A stretch of 64,000 nucleotides of DNA, from assembly GCF_009914755.1 (NCBI RefSeq), contig NC_060939.1, one strand, 5' to 3'. The notes under the pieces were generated by a model. That model did no database searches, had not been told where the DNA came from, and saw only the letters and a list, made by a program, of their open reading frames with translations. The translations under genes were made by a program, and so were the position numbers. The stretch's first letter is position 1. The number at the start of each line of letters is the position of its first letter. This DNA comes from the human T2T-CHM13v2.0 reference genome, Homo sapiens. Of this stretch, positions 59,231-64,000 are shown piece by piece.

Positions 59231-59478
59231 GGCCATCTGTCTTTCACAGTGGTGAAATATAGGGTTATGCTGCTGCCTTCACTACATTGTGAACCACATG
59301 TTTTCTGAGCCAGCAGCTTAAAAAGACTTTGGGAAAGAGACTCGGTCATGAAGTTGGTTGCTGTTGTCTGCAGCAGTCAAGTATCACAAGAATGAAATTA
59401 GAGAACTAAAGAAGGGACCAGTTTGCAAGTAAAAAGAAGAAGTAAGAACAGAAAAATTAGATTTTAAATGACTTTTTA

Positions 59479-59771
59479 GGCTGGGCACGGTGGCTCATGC
59501 CTGTAATCCCAGCACTTTGGGAGGCCGAGGCAGGTGGATCACCTGAGGTCAGGAGTTCAAGACCAGCCTGGCCAACATGGCACAACCCCATCTCTACTAA
59601 AAATACAAAAATTAGCCGGGCGTGGTGGTGTGCACCTGTAGTCCCAGCTACTTGGGAGGCTGAGACAAGAATCACTTGAACCTGGAAAGCAAGGGTTGCA
59701 GTGAGCTGAGATAGTGCCACTGCACTCCAGCCTGTGTGACAGAGTGAGACTCCACCTAAAAAAAAAAAAAA
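59479..59771 (+). mobile_element. AluSx/Sz
   Basis: Full Alu with poly-A. Confidence 0.94.
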
Positions 59772-60048
59772 CTTTTAAAATAACATACTCATTAAAATCC
59801 AGCAATTTATTAACATACTTTCATAAAAATCTCAAAACATTGTAGTTTTCCTCTTTCAGTTCCCAATATATTAAAGGTACCTCTTTCCCCACTTTTAAAT
59901 TGAAACAGAAAGGCATGGAAATGAGAACACAAATAAATAGAAAATTGGCAAATTCTCAAAAGTAATTGTGGGCATGGCTGCTCATACTAGGATCTGATTA
60001 GATGCACATAGATCGGAAGTCTACTTAGATTTAAGAGAGTTAAGGACT

Positions 60049-60367
<319 letters not shown>

Positions 60368-60379
60368 CTATGTCTTAAC

Positions 60380-60790
60380 CAATGGATACAATCATTTTGA
60401 AAAATAGTCTGTTAGTTTCTTATAAACATGCAATTACAATAAGAATCAATAATCTAATTCTAGTTATTGATCCAATACAAATGAAAATATGTCTGCAAAA
60501 ATACTTGTTCGCAAATATTCAGAGCCATTTTATTCCTCATAGCTGCAATCCAGATACAACCGAATGCCATTTACCAGGTGAATAGATAAACACATGCATG
60601 GCGTGTATTCACACAACCAAGTGCTGCTGGGCAGTAGGAAGGAGGTGCTGCTGACACGTGCCATAGCACAGATGACTATTCAAGCTCTGTGCTCAGGGAA
60701 TGGAGAGAGAATCAGGATGTTTACTCTGTGATTCCACTTCTGTGAAACTGCAGAAAAGACAAACTCAGAAACTATGGTGACAGGAAAAAT
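60380..60790 (+). mobile_element. Old L1ME 3' fragment
   Basis: 'caggtgaatagataaac', 'tactctgtgattccacttctgtgaaactgcagaaaagacaaact'. Confidence 0.6.
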
Positions 60791-61133
60791 GCTCAAGAAG
60801 TCATAGATTCCAGTGAAATATCTGGGACTATCCCATTGTTATACAAAGTTACACAACGTTTTTACATGGGCTGAGGAGGGGAACAGGCATGAGTGAATTG
60901 AATGAGGAGACTCACTCCCTGCCAGAAAGTCCTTTCTTAGCGTTTTTTTTTTTTTTTTCAGGAGTCTTTACTCACATTTTGCCCTCTAAGATCACTGGAT
61001 AGGATTAAAGGTCTATCTTTTCCAACAACCTGATATATACCTCCACCTTCTATATTTGTTCTTGGCATATTTACCCCAAATACCACACACACCCCACCAT
61101 GGAAAACACTTGCTTCGAAAGCGCTATTTTTCT

Positions 61134-61134
<1 letters not shown>

Positions 61135-61176
<42 letters not shown>
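61135..61176. repeat. (AC)21 microsatellite
   Basis: Direct count. Confidence 0.97.
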
Positions 61177-61178
<2 letters not shown>

Positions 61179-61317
61179 CTAAGCAAAAGTCTTTTAAAAT
61201 TGCATGCTTAATCCACCAATTTACCTCTGTTCATGTCAAATGTCAAATCTGTGTATCTGTGGAGTTGAAGTTTGGGTTCTGGGCTCTGGCATTGGATCTT
61301 GATGGATCATTATGTTC

Positions 61318-61622
61318 CTTTTTTCTTTCTTTCTTTGTTTTTTTGGCTTGTTTGTTTGTTTTTTTCTTGAGACAGAGTCTCGGTCTGTTGCCCAGGCTGG
61401 AGTGCAGTGGGGCAGTCTCAGCTCACTGCAAACTCTGCCTCCCCTCCCCTGAGTAGCTGGGAATACAGACACCAGCCACCACGCCCAGCTAATTTTTGTA
61501 TTTTTAGTAAAGATAGCGTTTCACCATGTTGGCCAGGCTGTTTTCGAACTGACCTCAGGTGATCCACCTGCCTTGGCCTCCCAAAGTATTGGGATTACAG
61601 GTGTGAGTCACCATCCTCAGCC
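61318..61622 (-). mobile_element. AluS with an internal ~20-25-nt deletion
   Basis: ctctgcctcccctcccctgagtagc lacks the gggttcaagcgattctcc segment. Confidence 0.9.
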
Positions 61623-61769
61623 TTTTTTTCTAAAACAAAAACAAAAACAAAAAAAAAACATGTAATTCACTCATTTAAAGTGTACAGTTCCTACGATTGT
61701 CGGCATTTAAATGTATGTCTTCTTTTTATTTTCTTTGACCCCTTCTTCCTTTGAGTGTCTGTATTCTTT

Positions 61770-64000
61770 TGAGCAATCCCACTGCTGGGTATATACCCAA
61801 AGGAAAATAAATCATTGTATAAAACGGACACCTGCACTAGTATCTTTATCATGGCACCATTTACAATAGCAAAGTCCTGGAACCAACCTAAGTGTCCATC
61901 ACTGGTAGACTGGATAAAGAAAATGTGTTAAATGTACACCATGGAATACTATGCAGCCATAAAAATGAATGCAATAATCTCCTTTGCAGCTACATGGATC
62001 AACCAGAGGCCATTATCCTAAGCAAGCTAACTCAAAACCAGAAAATCAAATATGGCATATTATCTCGCTTGTAAGTGGGAGCAAAACAGTGGGTACATAT
62101 GGACATAAAGATGGAAATAATAGACTAAAATGGACTCCCAAAGAGGGGAAATTGGAGGTGGGGGTGAGGATTGATAAATTATTTATCACAATGTTCAGTA
62201 TTTGGGTGACAGACACACAGAAGCCCAACCCCCATCATTACACATGTAATACCCATGTAACAAACAGGCATATGTACCCCTTGAATCTAAAATTAAAAAA
62301 CAAATTCACAAAGCAAACTGTCTGTTCATGCCCTTTGCTCACTTTTTATGAATTTGTTTTGTTGTTGTTGAGTTCTTTGTGTTTCTTGTAAGTTCTGAAT
62401 AGCAGTGTCTTGTTAGATACATGTTTTGCAAATATTTTCTCCCATTCTGCAGGTTGTCTGTTCCCTCTGTTGATTATTTCTTTTTCTATGGAAAAGTATT
62501 TTAGTTTAATAAGTCCCATTTGTCTATTTTTGCTTTTGCTGCTTGTGCTTTCTGAGGTCTTAGTCATGAATTCTTTGCAGAGAGCAATGTCCAGAAAAGT
62601 TTTCTCTAGGTCTTCTTCTAATATTTAATTTAAAGTTTCTTGTATATTCTGCATATTAGACCTTTGTCAGATAGGTAGATTGCAAAAAATTTTCTCCCAT
62701 TCTGTAGATTGCCTGTTAGTTCTGATGATTTTTTTTTCTGTGCAGAAGCTGTTTAGTTTAATTAGATCCCATTTGCCAATTTTAGCTTTTGATGCAGTTG
62801 CTTCTGGTGATTTCATCATAAAATTTTTGCTGGTGCCTATGTCCTGAATGATATTGCCTAAATTTTCTTCTAGGGTTTTTATGGTTTTGGGTTTTACATT
62901 TAAGTCTTGAGTCTGCCTTGAGTTAATTTTTGTATAAGGTGTAAGGAAGGGGTCCCGTTTCAGTTTTCTGCATATGGTTAGCCAGTTTTCCCAGCATCAT
63001 TTATTAAATAGGGAATCCTTTCCCCATTGCTTGTTTTTGTCAGGTTTGTCGAAAATCAGATGGTTATAGATGTGTGGCCTTATTTCTGATGTCCCTATGC
63101 TGTTCCCTTGGTCTATATGTCTGTTTTGGTACCAGTACCATGCTGTTTTGGTTACTGTAGCCTTATAACATAGTTTGAAGTCAGGTAGCATGATGCCTCC
63201 AGCTTTGTCATTGGGGTTTTCTATACATAAGATCATATTGTCAGCATATAGAGATAATTCAACTTCCTATTTTCCAGTCTCGGTGCCTTTGTTTTTTCTT
63301 TTTCTTGCCTGATTGTTCTGACTAGGACTTTCAGTACTATGTTGGATAGGAGTGGTAAAAGTGGAATCCTTGTCTTGTTAAAGTTCTTAGGGGCATTGTT
63401 TTCAATTTTTCTCCATTGGCTATGATTTTAGCCATAAGTTTATCATATATGCTCTTTATTTTGAGGTGTGTTGCTTCTATGTATAGTTTGTTGAGGATTT
63501 TTACTATTATAAAAATAATAATCATAATAAAAGCGATGCTGAATTGTTTCTAATGCTGTTTCTGAGAATTGTAAATTAAAAGCAAACTGAGATATCATCT
63601 TACACCAGTCACAATGGCTATTACTAAAAAGTCAAAAATAACAGATGTTGGCAAAGGATGCAGAAAAAAAGGAACACTTATACACTGTTGGTGGGGATGT
63701 AAATTAGTACAATCTATGTGGAAAACAGTATGGAGATTTCTCAAAGAACTAAAAGTAGAACTACCATACAGTCCAGCAATCCTACTGCTGGTATCTACCC
63801 AAAGGAGAAGAAGTCATTAGGTAAAAAAGATACCTGTACTCAGATGTTTATTATAGCACTATTCACAACAGCAAGGATGTGGAATCATTTAAATGCCCAT
63901 CAGCTGATAAACTGATAAATAAAATGTGGAATACACACACATGATGGAATACTTCTCAACCATAGAAAATAATAAAATCATATCTTTTGCAGCAACATGA
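61770..64000. mobile_element. L1 cluster: L1PB/PA 3' end (+, ~61770-62305), antisense ORF2 pieces (~62320-63560, including L1PA ~62630-63208), L1PB ORF2 end (+, ~63565-64000)
   Basis: ORFs 62997-63236 ([32 protein letters not shown]) and 63614-63820 ([28 protein letters not shown]) are L1 ORF2p fragments. Confidence 0.9.

Larger units (their letters stand above)
58470..59460 (+). mobile_element. MLT1 LTR 3' part plus start of internal region, interrupted by an Alu
   Basis: 'gtgttaagccacagagcctttggg...ttgttaccacaatataacctagtctaatctaatgca|gaaatc'. Confidence 0.55.

Noticed and set aside
58656-59255. Longest ORF (199 aa) and overlapping K/E/R-rich or F/L/S-rich ORFs
   Set aside because: Translation of the (CTTT)n microsatellite and an antisense Alu; not a gene.

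Overview
This is primate (most likely human or great-ape) non-coding genomic DNA, intergenic or intronic. I found no recognisable protein-coding exon, RNA gene or CRISPR array, and the six-frame ORFs are short and mostly read through Alu, L1, LTR or simple repeats. Most of the window is interspersed repeat: about 22 Alus (J, S and Y), many nested L1 fragments (old L1M types to a 5'-truncated L1PA2), and MaLR elements (a near-complete old MLT1 provirus, MLT1A, MSTA, THE1). It also holds a solo LTR12C with a CTAG TSD, a solo HERV-K-class (LTR13A-like) LTR with a 6-bp TSD, a Tigger1 end, MIRs and several tandem repeats. The structure that repeat annotation does not explain is a set of locally templated duplications. 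(1) An ~0.8-kb inverted duplication (5304-6165 / ~8848-9647) with patchwork identity flanks a 2.7-kb potentially invertible segment. (2) A 160-bp ungapped copy of the MLT1 at 55804-55963 sits inside an L1 about 40 kb away (16075-16234). (3) A fold-back inverted duplication with a 29-bp perfect stem lies at 53.5-54.1 kb. (4) A perfect 4x45-bp minisatellite straddles an L1/Alu junction. A candidate RFX/forkhead promoter or enhancer lies at ~18.4-18.9 kb. Subfamily names come from remembered consensus sequences, not a database search. Boundaries of old repeats are approximate, and identities were counted by hand.
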